From Candidatus Aerophobota bacterium (lineage in GTDB: Bacteria; Aerophobota; Aerophobia; Aerophobales; JAGGXI01), in the NCBI GenBank assembly GCA_021163155.1, contig JAGGXI010000038.1:7731-71730 (forward strand): a stretch of DNA of 64,000 bases, given 5' to 3'. Every line of letters starts with the position of its first letter. Position 1 is the stretch's first letter. A program made the position numbers and the translations under genes. Below the pieces are notes generated by a model. It saw only the letters and a program-made list of their open reading frames with translations. It did no database searches and was not told where the DNA came from. Below, piece after piece: positions 19,598 through 28,439 of the stretch.

Positions 19598-20674
19598 ATG
19601 AAGACAAATAATTTTTTAGGACGTGATTGGATTGATGCAGAATTAGATTTTTCAAAAGAAGAATGGGAAACACTTATTGATATTGGTTTGGAGTTAAAGA
19701 AATTGCATGCTCTAAAACAAGATCAAACCCATATATTAAAAGGGAAAACATTGTTCACTATGTTTTTTAATCGGTCTCTCCGCACCAGGAGTACTTTCGC
19801 AACCGGAATTCAGCAGTTAGGTGGTTTTCATGTTAGCTTAGAGCCGGGTAAGACATATACACCCACAACTAAGGGGTATGACATACCCTACAAGACAGAA
19901 AGAATTTCTGATGTAGCTATGATTTTAGATAGAGTTGGCGACGCAATAGCTATAAGGATGTATGGTGAACCAACATATTGGATTTATGGATTTGCAAACC
20001 AGACAATGAAAGAATTTGCTAAATATGCGGAAATCCCAATAATTAACATGGAGGGTGATAAATACCATCCCACTCAAGCTCTGGCAGATATGATTACTAT
20101 AAAAGAAAAATTTGGTACTTTTAAAGGAATCAAGCTAACAATGTCATGGGCTTACTCTGGTTCAATTGCAAAGCCAAGAGCCGTCCCACAATCAACTATT
20201 CTTGCAGCAACAAAGATGGGCATGGATGTAACTCTCGCATATCCAGAAGGCTTTGAGCTCGATACTAAGGTTATCGAACATTGTAGAAAATTTGCAAATG
20301 AAAACAATGGTTCATTCAAAACTACTAATGATTTCAACGAAGGTTTTAAAGATGCACACGTTGTTTATCCTAAATCTTGGGGACCGGTTTCGTGTTTTAG
20401 CTATGTAGATAAAAGTGGAAAAGTTATCAAAAAATATGATCACGAAAAGGCAAGAAAACTAAATGAATCCAACAAAAGCTGGATTACTACTAAAAAACAG
20501 ATGGAAATAATTCATAAAGATGGTATATATATGCATTGCCTCCCGGCTGATAGAGGACAGGAAGTTACAGATGAGGTAATAGATGGTAAAAATTCTGTTA
20601 TAATTGATGAAGCAGAAAATAGACTTCATGCTCATAAAGCAATAATGGCAATGATTATGGGTGGTAGGTTATAA
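19598..20674 (+). CDS. carbamoyltransferase of the OTC/ATC superfamily (YgeW-like, substrate unknown)
   Basis: 'SLRTRSTF' is a variant of the STRTR motif, and the 'HCLPADRGQEV' HCLP motif is present. Length is 358 aa. Confidence 0.7.
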   Translation: MKTNNFLGRDWIDAELDFSKEEWETLIDIGLELKKLHALKQDQTHILKGKTLFTMFFNRSLRTRSTFATGIQQLGGFHVSLEPGKTYTPTTKGYDIPYKTERISDVAMILDRVGDAIAIRMYGEPTYWIYGFANQTMKEFAKYAEIPIINMEGDKYHPTQALADMITIKEKFGTFKGIKLTMSWAYSGSIAKPRAVPQSTILAATKMGMDVTLAYPEGFELDTKVIEHCRKFANENNGSFKTTNDFNEGFKDAHVVYPKSWGPVSCFSYVDKSGKVIKKYDHEKARKLNESNKSWITTKKQMEIIHKDGIYMHCLPADRGQEVTDEVIDGKNSVIIDEAENRLHAHKAIMAMIMGGRL

Positions 20675-20953
20675 ATATCAAAAAAGAATAACAGCTCAAT
20701 GAAAATTAAATTACGAATGTTTTTAAATATATATTTTCCCCTTTTATTTTAGTTTGTGGAATTTTATCTCCTGGGTTTATCCGTCCCCCTCATCTTCTTA
20801 ATGTAATTCGCCAGGAAAGTATTAGGTTGAGGATGCAATTCATAATTCCTTAAATAAAGGTCTTTTGACGAGATAAAAACAGAAGATACGATGGGCAAGT
20901 ATAAAATATGAGAATAAACGAAGACCTTTTTTAAAGAGAGAATTGTTGAAAAA

Positions 20954-21002
20954 TTATTTTTTTTAGAAACTTTCAGAGAAAGATAAATTAAATTATTTAT
21001 TA
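20954..21002 (+). promoter_or_regulatory. conserved upstream motif 'aaagagagaaNtgttgaaaaatta...ttttagaaactttcagaRaaa' (copy 1)
   Basis: The same motif occurs at 26329-26380 upstream of dctP. Confidence 0.4.
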
Positions 21003-21025
21003 TTAGAAAGGAATAAGGGCAAATT

Positions 21026-22381
21026 ATGTACATTAAAAACAGAGAGAAACTTACCTCACATGGTTATAAAAAAGGAAGGGAGGCAGCGATAGATATTATT
21101 GAATATACATTACATGCTATAGATCCTTATATAGCTACAAAAAATCTTGTTAAACTTTGTGGAGAAACCTTAACCGTTGGCCCTCTGAACTTTGACTTAT
21201 CCCAAAGAGGTAACATTTATGTTCTTGGCGCAGGGAAGGCTACCTTTCCCATCGCTAAAGCTCTCGAAGAGATTTTAGGGGGAAAAATTGCGAAAGGTCT
21301 TATAATCGTTAAGAAAGGTCAAGATGGGACTCTAAAAAAGATTAAGATAAGAGAGGCTTCTCATCCACTGCCTGGCAAAGAAGGGTTTAATGCAGCAAAA
21401 GAGATAATGAAAATAGCTAAACAAACACAAAAAAAAGATATTGTTTTTTGTACTATTACAGGAGGAAGTTCAGCCTTAGCTCCTCTTCCTGTCTCAAGCA
21501 TCAGTTTAAAAGAGAAAAAACAAATTAACGAGTTGCTTTTAACCAGCGGCGCTACAATAAGAGAAATCAATACAGTCAGAAAGCATCTTTCAAATATTAA
21601 GGGGGGGAAACTTGCTCTTTCCATATTTCCTGCAGAAATTATTAATTTAACAGTTTCTGATGTTACAGGGGACCCCTTAGATTACATAACTGGTCCAACT
21701 GTTCCAGATACTTCAAATTTTTCAGAAGCAATCTCTGTTCTAAAAAAATATAATTTATGGGATAAACTACCAAAATCGGTTATAAACTATTTACAAAATG
21801 CTACTCCAGAGTTAGAAACTCCTAAAAATTTTGGGAAATTCAGCTCCCTTGTCCACTCTTTTATTTTAATAAAAAGTGGAGTAGTATGTGAATCAGCGGC
21901 TGAAAAGGCAAAAGAACTCGGCTTTACCCCTATGATTCTAACTACTATGCTCGAAGGAGAGAGTAAAGAAGTAGGCATAGTATTGACAGGAATTGCTAAA
22001 GAAATCATACATCATAATAGGCCATTAATTCCTCCCTGTGCACTTATTGCGGGAGGAGAAACTACTGTCAAAATCAATAATGAACATGGTAAGGGAGGGC
22101 CGAATCAAGAATTTGCTTTAAGTGCCGCTTTACAACTCAGTTCCTATACCAACGTCACTGTTGCAGCAATTGATACAGATGGAACAGATGGACCAACTAA
22201 TATAGCCGGGGGACTTGTAGATAATTCCACAATGGAAAGGGCTAAAGAGAAGGGCTTTAATATATTTGAGTGTCTAGTAAAACATGACACTTCTCGTGTC
22301 TTACTCTCATTGGACGATGCAGTTATAACCAAAGCTACAGGAACTAACGCAAATGATTTTAAAATACTATTAGTGAGTTAA
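21026..22381 (+). CDS. glycerate 2-kinase (MOFRL/DUF4147 family)
   Basis: The 451-aa product has the 'GAGKA' and 'TGGSSA' motifs typical of GckA/TtuD-type glycerate kinase. Confidence 0.8.
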   Translation: MYIKNREKLTSHGYKKGREAAIDIIEYTLHAIDPYIATKNLVKLCGETLTVGPLNFDLSQRGNIYVLGAGKATFPIAKALEEILGGKIAKGLIIVKKGQDGTLKKIKIREASHPLPGKEGFNAAKEIMKIAKQTQKKDIVFCTITGGSSALAPLPVSSISLKEKKQINELLLTSGATIREINTVRKHLSNIKGGKLALSIFPAEIINLTVSDVTGDPLDYITGPTVPDTSNFSEAISVLKKYNLWDKLPKSVINYLQNATPELETPKNFGKFSSLVHSFILIKSGVVCESAAEKAKELGFTPMILTTMLEGESKEVGIVLTGIAKEIIHHNRPLIPPCALIAGGETTVKINNEHGKGGPNQEFALSAALQLSSYTNVTVAAIDTDGTDGPTNIAGGLVDNSTMERAKEKGFNIFECLVKHDTSRVLLSLDDAVITKATGTNANDFKILLVS

Positions 22382-22503
22382 CTCCAGTTCTTCGATAATA
22401 AAAGAAATTATACCATCTATTCCTTTATAAATTCCTAAATTATTAAGGTTTAAATCATAAAAGAATAAGAAAAAATAAAGAAAAAACAAGGAGAGTAATT
22501 AGT

Positions 22504-23664
22504 ATGAAGATTACGGGTTATATGAGGTCGGATGGTTCAGTGGGAGTCAGAAATTATATTGCTATTCTTCCGTCAGTTGGCTGTGCAAACGATTTCGTTT
22601 TAAAATTAGGAAATATTTACCCAAATGTTAAACTTTTAACACACCGTCAGGGATGTAGTCAAGTGGGTTTGGATAACGACCAAACAGTTCGTACTCTTAT
22701 TGGTTTGGGGAAAAATCCTAATATTGCAGGTGTACTAGTAGTTGGTTTGGGTTGCGAAACAATCAAGGCAGAATATATTGCAAAGGAAATATCAAAAACG
22801 AAAAAGATGGTCGAGTGTTTGGTTTTAAATAATGAAAATGGGGTTGCGTCTGCACTTTCAAAAGGGGCAAGATTGTTGAACCCAATGTTACAAGATGCTT
22901 CAAAAATGAAAAGAACCACCTGTGATATGGAACAGTTAATTATTGGTGTTAAATGTGGTCTCTCAGATTCAACATCTGGTATCACCTCCAATCCCGCTAC
23001 AGGCATTGTATCTGACATGGTTATTGAATCTGGGGGCACTGTCATTTTTGGAGAAACCCCTGAAATTATTGGAGTTGATCATATATTGGCTAAAAGGTCA
23101 GCAAATCAGGATGTTGTAAATAAATTACATCGTTTAATAAATGATTGCAAAGAGAGAGTAAAGGCATCAGGCGGAAATATACAAGAAGCAAACGTTGCTC
23201 CTGGTAATATAGCTGGTGGAATTACAACTATTGAAGAGAAATCTATTGGAGCTATTACAAAAGGAGGAAGAAAGACTTTGCAAGATGTACTTAAATATGG
23301 AGAGAAGCCAAAAGGAAAAGGCTTATTTTTTATGGATAGCCCTGGTCGAACTCCAGAAGCACTAACCGGCTTAATTGCAGCTGGAGCTCAGATTATCATT
23401 TTTTCAACTGGAGGAGGATCACCAGGAGGATCTCCTATTTCTCCAGTAATAAAAGTTACAGGAAACCGAAATACAGCACAACGATTAAAGGATATAATTG
23501 ATGTAGATGTCAGCTCAATAATTATGGGTAAGGAAACTTTAAAAGAGGCAGGTATAAAAATTTTCAAAAAGCTATGTAACGTAGCTAGTGGAGAAGTGAC
23601 AAAAGCAGAGATTCTTGGATATGGTTTAATAAGTATTTGGAATATATCTCCTTTATCTGGATAA
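22504..23664 (+). CDS. UxaA/GarD-family sugar-acid dehydratase, large (C-terminal) subunit
   Basis: The 386-aa protein resembles the altronate/galactarate dehydratase catalytic domain. The matching SAF subunit is encoded immediately downstream. Confidence 0.65.
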   Translation: MKITGYMRSDGSVGVRNYIAILPSVGCANDFVLKLGNIYPNVKLLTHRQGCSQVGLDNDQTVRTLIGLGKNPNIAGVLVVGLGCETIKAEYIAKEISKTKKMVECLVLNNENGVASALSKGARLLNPMLQDASKMKRTTCDMEQLIIGVKCGLSDSTSGITSNPATGIVSDMVIESGGTVIFGETPEIIGVDHILAKRSANQDVVNKLHRLINDCKERVKASGGNIQEANVAPGNIAGGITTIEEKSIGAITKGGRKTLQDVLKYGEKPKGKGLFFMDSPGRTPEALTGLIAAGAQIIIFSTGGGSPGGSPISPVIKVTGNRNTAQRLKDIIDVDVSSIIMGKETLKEAGIKIFKKLCNVASGEVTKAEILGYGLISIWNISPLSG

Positions 23665-23780
23665 GAAATAGATTAAGAAATATTAGTTTACATTTAAACG
23701 CCTATGATATAATTGGTCGAGAATTCTGTTCGAAAAATGTAAAAAAATGAGTTTTTAGCTATAGTAGCTGTAAAAATAGC

Positions 23781-23812
23781 ATAGTTTGCCGAATCTGGGT
23801 TAAAAATAATGA
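23781..23812. repeat. partial family-A repeat arm ('catagtttgccgaatctgggtt')
   Basis: It matches the arm of the 19515 copy. Confidence 0.5.
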
Positions 23813-23821
23813 TGGAGGATA

Positions 23822-24106
23822 TTGATGGAGGAAAAAAATGCAATTATGATGGAGGAAAAAGATAATGTAGCTACAGTTCTCTCTGCAGTAGAGAAAAACG
23901 ATAAAGTTAAGATTATACTGGGCAAGAATCATTTTACTGTACTGGCCAAGGAATCAATTCCTTTTGGGCATAAAGTTGCTTTAAGAAAAATAGCAAAAGG
24001 GGAAAATATCATTAAATATGGAGAAGTAATAGGTCGTGCAAGAGATGAAATTAAAAAAGGAACTTATATACATGTACACAACACACAAAGCATTGCTGGC
24101 AAATAA
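23822..24106 (+). CDS. SAF-domain small subunit of UxaA/GarD-family dehydratase
   Basis: The 94-aa product resembles the SAF/FlgA-like N-domain. The start is ambiguous because 'atgatggaggaaaaa' is tandemly duplicated. Confidence 0.55.
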   Translation: MMEEKNAIMMEEKDNVATVLSAVEKNDKVKIILGKNHFTVLAKESIPFGHKVALRKIAKGENIIKYGEVIGRARDEIKKGTYIHVHNTQSIAGK

Positions 24107-24376
24107 TCATCAATATTAAGTAATATATTTTACTGATATTCTGCATTAAGAGTGTATGAAAATAAATAAGTATTACAATAAAGGTATGGTTTAATCTTCT
24201 GTGAAATTGTCTATTTCTTTCTCATAATTATTATACACTTTTATTTGGCAATTGCCCTCTCATACAAGGATAACGTAAATGTGCAGTAATAAATTATGGG
24301 AGATCTGAACGCTCACATAAAGGATAGTGTCGAAAGATTAATCTTTTTTTAGGGGCTTTCCTAGTAGGAGAAGAAT

Positions 24377-25651
24377 ATGAATATTATCCTTCCTTATGGA
24401 AAAGATCGAGTCTCCGTCTCCTTTGACAGGGAACGCTTAGCGTTTATCTTAAATTTAAGTGAAGCATCTGGGCTAACTGACCTGAAAGTAGAAGTTGAAA
24501 GAGCACTTCAAAATCCGATTGGTACAAGTGGATTAAAGCATTTAGTAAAAGCAAACGATTCAGTAGTAATTCTTGTAGATGATAACACTCGGTTAACTCC
24601 TGTGAAAAGGATTATTCCCTATGTATTAAGTGAGTTGCTTAAAGTCGGAGTAAGTGAAAAAATGATTACTATATTAGTAGCCGCTGGCACGCACCGGGAT
24701 ATGACAGATTTAGAATTACGTGAGAAACTAGGTGCTAATATCTGCGATCGTTTTAAGATAGAGCAGCATAATTATAGAGATAAAAAACATCTCAGAAAGG
24801 TAGGAGAAACCGATGGCATTCCGATAGCGGTGAATGCTACTGCGGTTGAGGCAGATTTTCTGATGGGGATTGGAAATATTATTCCACACTGTGATTTCGG
24901 TTTTTCTGGTGGTGCAAAGATAGTAGAGCCAGGAATTTGCGGTTATACAGCTACTGCTTTTACTCATACACTATGTCAAATTGGTGATGAGATTCCATTA
25001 GGAAAAGTAGAGAACCCCGCTCGACTTAAAGCAGAAGCGATGGCGAAAAAGGCAGGACTGGCATTTATATTAAATGTAGTGCTCAATTCTAAAAATGAAA
25101 TAGTATCTATAGTGGCAGGAGATCCAGTTAAAGCACACCGTGAAGGAGTTAAAAAATCACGGTCTATTTATGGAGCATCCTTTTCGGAACCTGCAAAAAT
25201 CCTTATCTGCAGTGCCTATCCAGCAGATAAGGATTTCTGGCAAGCAGCTAAAGGCCTTGCAGCAGCCTATTTTGCTTGTAAGAAAGATGGTATAATTATA
25301 CTTACCTCACCATGTCGTGAGGGAGTTGCTGATAAAGTTCACTTACAATGGACGAATTATTGGTTAAAAATGACCTTTGCTGAGATTTGTAAGAAGTTAA
25401 ATAAGGCTGATTACGAAGATGAGGAGTTGGACTTTATAGCTGGTGGGGGAGCTGCGATGATTGCTCGAATTCGTGAACATGCTACTGTAATCCTTGTGTC
25501 AGATGGGATATCGGAAAAGGATACTGCGCGATTAGGATTTTTGAAAAGTCCCTCACTTCAGGAAGCGACTGATTTTGCTCTTCGCAGATTCAGAGATGGT
25601 TCTGTGGGTGTTATTCCAATGGGCGGAGACACATTGCCCCTGCGAATTTAG
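24377..25651 (+). CDS. LarA-like protein (nickel-pincer-dependent 2-hydroxyacid racemase/epimerase family, DUF2088)
   Basis: The 424-aa product has LarA-like size and an N-terminal DUF2088-like region. This call has low-moderate confidence. Confidence 0.55.
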   Translation: MNIILPYGKDRVSVSFDRERLAFILNLSEASGLTDLKVEVERALQNPIGTSGLKHLVKANDSVVILVDDNTRLTPVKRIIPYVLSELLKVGVSEKMITILVAAGTHRDMTDLELREKLGANICDRFKIEQHNYRDKKHLRKVGETDGIPIAVNATAVEADFLMGIGNIIPHCDFGFSGGAKIVEPGICGYTATAFTHTLCQIGDEIPLGKVENPARLKAEAMAKKAGLAFILNVVLNSKNEIVSIVAGDPVKAHREGVKKSRSIYGASFSEPAKILICSAYPADKDFWQAAKGLAAAYFACKKDGIIILTSPCREGVADKVHLQWTNYWLKMTFAEICKKLNKADYEDEELDFIAGGGAAMIARIREHATVILVSDGISEKDTARLGFLKSPSLQEATDFALRRFRDGSVGVIPMGGDTLPLRI

Positions 25652-25830
25652 TATAGGGTTTTTGTTAAAAAGTGTAAAAGTTTTAGGAAGAGAAGAATTA
25701 GGAATAAAGCCGAAAGAGAGATAAAAAACAAGTAAATTATTAGAGACCTCTGGGTATATTATGCTATAGATAGCATAATATTGTAACATAACTATGCCAC
25801 CGAAATAGTGTTAAAAGTGATTTGATACAG

Positions 25831-25906
25831 AGGGTTGACAAAAAAAAAATTAATAGTAAACTGTTTATTGTTGACAATCATTATAAAAAATGTCTGTAAT
25901 AGACAT
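25831..25906 (+). promoter_or_regulatory. second copy of the repeated promoter/operator module plus palindrome ATGTCTgtaatAGACAT (25890-25906)
   Basis: The sequence is identical to 17321-17385 except for 1-2 nt. It points toward the dctPQM TRAP genes. Confidence 0.55.
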
Positions 25907-26328
25907 GGTTCAATCTTCTCTGAAGTGCAATAGTTCTTTATTGTAATTATTCCACACTTTTCTCTCATTTGGTAATAGTAAACCGGGCTGAAAAGAAGTA
26001 GAAGGTCTAATCTGAGTTTCAAACCGATACCAACTGAGAGAAAAATTGAGGTAATATACAGGGTAGTAAAAAGAGAAGTTAAGGAAAAAGTTAAATAAGT
26101 AAGACAGAAAATTTTTTAAAAAAAAGGAACAGGGAAGGAAGTTGAATCCATCTGAGGGAAAGATAGAATTCGTAAAGTACCCTATTACGGGTTTGAAAAG
26201 GTATATAGAAATGGCGACCATAAAAGAAAACCAAAGGGGTTCTGGTAAGGAGAAGGTTAAAAATAAAGCCGAGCAAGGAGGTGAAAATATAAGAAGGTTA
26301 TTAGCCGGGAAACAAAGGAAAGCATCTT

Positions 26329-26380
26329 AAAGAGAGAAGTGTTGAAAAATTAACCTCTCTTTTTAGAAACTTTCAGAAAA
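26329..26380 (+). promoter_or_regulatory. conserved upstream motif (copy 2) immediately upstream of dctP
   Basis: It matches 20954-21002. Confidence 0.4.
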
Positions 26381-26442
26381 AAATGAACCATGTCTTTATG
26401 TTTATTATGCGTAAAAAATAAATAAATACAAGGAGATTTATT

Positions 26443-27525
26443 ATGAGGAAGATTCTAACAATGTTAGGTATTGTTGTTATGATAATCTTTACTTTCGGCC
26501 TGGTTTTTGCCGAAGGCCAAGAGGTTAGCAAGAAAGATCCCATAGTTATTAATATGGGTAACATTGATACTCCCTTTGAGCTTAATTTGAGCAATACAAA
26601 TGGTCAATTCTCCTCTACAGACATAAAATGCAGAGCATTTAAGAAGATTCTAGAAGCAAAAAGCCATGGAAGATTTAAAGTGAAAATTTATCCTAATGGT
26701 CAATTGGGAAATCAACAAGAAATGATGGAAATGAACAGAGAAGGATCTCTACAAATGACTGGATGCTCAGCCTCACCTATTGTTAGATATACCAAAGAGT
26801 TTATGGCATTTCAGATTCCATATATTTTTAAAGACGTAAATGTAGCATTAAAAGCAATGAATGGCCCTTTAGGAGAAGAGTTTAATGAGTTATTTGTGGA
26901 AAAAACTGGTATAAGATTTCTTGCTTGGGGGTTTGAGGGTTATTTCAATGTTGGTACAGTGAATAAGAAAGTTGTTGTTCCTTCTGATATGAAAGGCTTA
27001 AAGATAAGAAGTGGTATGTCTGCAATTAATGTGCAGATATTTAAACTTCTTGATGCAATTGCAACCCCAATACCTTTTACTGAAATTTATACCTCATTGC
27101 AGCAAAGAGTCATTGATGGAGTGTCAACACCAACAGGGTTTCATTATGCATTGAATTTATATGAGCAGGAAAAATATTTAAATATGGCTGATATTCTTTT
27201 TTCCTGGTCTCCAATCTCTATTAATGAAAAGTTTTATCGTTCTTTATCTAAAGAAGATCAATACCTCATTAAAGATGCTGCAGTAGAAGCTATGAAGACC
27301 TTTCAAGGTATGGTATTATGGGGACGTAGTCTGTGGATGGAGGAATTAAAAAAACAAGGTATGGAAGTAATAATCCCTACGCCAGAACAAAAGGCTTTAT
27401 GGATAAAAACTCTTAGAGATCCTATGATAAAATGGGCCAAAAAACAAATAGGTCCAGAATGGGTGGATAAGGTATTTAATGCTAGTAAGGAAGCAGAAGA
27501 AAAATTATACGGTTCTACCCAATAG
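26443..27525 (+). CDS. dctP: TRAP transporter substrate-binding protein (DctP family)
   Basis: The 360-aa product has a signal peptide, and DctQ and DctM follow it. Confidence 0.85.
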   Translation: MRKILTMLGIVVMIIFTFGLVFAEGQEVSKKDPIVINMGNIDTPFELNLSNTNGQFSSTDIKCRAFKKILEAKSHGRFKVKIYPNGQLGNQQEMMEMNREGSLQMTGCSASPIVRYTKEFMAFQIPYIFKDVNVALKAMNGPLGEEFNELFVEKTGIRFLAWGFEGYFNVGTVNKKVVVPSDMKGLKIRSGMSAINVQIFKLLDAIATPIPFTEIYTSLQQRVIDGVSTPTGFHYALNLYEQEKYLNMADILFSWSPISINEKFYRSLSKEDQYLIKDAAVEAMKTFQGMVLWGRSLWMEELKKQGMEVIIPTPEQKALWIKTLRDPMIKWAKKQIGPEWVDKVFNASKEAEEKLYGSTQ

Positions 27526-27567
27526 ATATCGAAGTTAAAGCTGTTAAAATATTCATATTTATCATAG

Positions 27568-27792
27568 ATTTGGCAAACTATTAGAGTGCTTGGCCTGGCT
27601 ATTGGAAAACCAATAAACCTCTTCCACCCTTCCTCTCCCTTAAGGGGGGTATAACCCTCACCTTAGTCCTCCCCCGTAAAGGGAGAGGGGAAGCGGAAGA
27701 AGTTCTGCTGGGTGAGGGTGAGGGTGACCCAGCCTCCCAATAGCCTCTAACTCTTGTTTTGCAAAGGGTGATTGAAGTCGCCCTACCCATTA
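27568..27792. repeat. full-length composite family-A REP-like element with a GC-rich internal hairpin
   Basis: It contains both arms ('tggcaaactattagagtgcttggcctgg' ... 'cagcctcccaatagcctctaactcttgttttgcaaa'). The ORF 27599..27790(-) lies inside it and is spurious. Confidence 0.8.
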
Positions 27793-27867
27793 AAAAGAGT
27801 ATTTTTGATTAGGGAAAAACCCTTTGAAAAATATAAGAATTAGACCTAATGCCATGTTTTGGAATTA

Positions 27868-27908
27868 ACTTTAGCTAATATTATTCAAATTGCCGAATCT
27901 AGGTTTAT
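27868..27908. repeat. partial family-A arm 'ttagctaatattattcaaattgccgaatctaggttt'
   Basis: It is near-identical to 31836-31872. Confidence 0.6.
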
Positions 27909-27946
27909 ATGTGAACAATTTTAGATAAAGGTGATTAGTAAAAACC

Positions 27947-28429
27947 ATGAATAAAATATTTTACTGGATTTGCAAAGTAGTTACTATCTTTTTAGTTCCA
28001 TTAATGACGATTGTTGTCTTTACACAGGTTATCATGCGTTATGTTTTTTCATCTCCCTTTCCTTGGGCTGAGGAGTTATCCAGGTATATTTTAGTATGGA
28101 TTTCATGCTTTGGAGCCGCTGTTGGAGTAAGAGAAGGGGTGCATGTAAGCATACTTACATTAAACAAACGATTGAAAGGGTGGATTAAATCTTTTGTAAC
28201 GTTTGCCATCCATTTTCTAGAAATAGGTTTCTTTACTGTCACTACAATCTCAGGTACCTTTCTTTCCTTAGGTATGTGGAACATAGAATCTTCAGCCATG
28301 AGGATACACATGACATTGCCTTATATTGCAATTCCTATCAGCTTTTTTTTTATGATGATATTTAGTTTTGAGTCATTGATTAGAGATATAAAAAATATCT
28401 TTTTAATAAATAACAAAACTGGAATTTAG
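27947..28429 (+). CDS. dctQ: TRAP transporter small permease (DctQ)
   Basis: A 160-aa protein with 4 TM helices, lying between dctP and dctM. Confidence 0.8.
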   Translation: MNKIFYWICKVVTIFLVPLMTIVVFTQVIMRYVFSSPFPWAEELSRYILVWISCFGAAVGVREGVHVSILTLNKRLKGWIKSFVTFAIHFLEIGFFTVTTISGTFLSLGMWNIESSAMRIHMTLPYIAIPISFFFMMIFSFESLIRDIKNIFLINNKTGI

Positions 28430-28439
28430 GAGAAATACC

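Noticed and set aside
23822-23870. Tandem 'atgatggaggaaaaa' repeat at the start of the SAF-subunit gene as a possible phase-variation or slippage site
   Set aside because: There are only two or three imperfect units. This more likely only blurs start-codon choice, and nothing indicates variable copy number from a single sequence.
26142-26330. 62-aa plus-strand ORF in the dctP leader
   Set aside because: It is a purine-rich, low-complexity (K/E/G-rich) product of the AG-biased leader with no RBS context. It is probably not translated, and is kept only as a note under findings.
27599-27790. ORF of 63 aa (minus strand), GC-rich and Pro/Arg/Ser-rich
   Set aside because: It lies entirely inside the full-length family-A repeat and its hairpins. 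The composition is that of the repeat, so it is not a gene.
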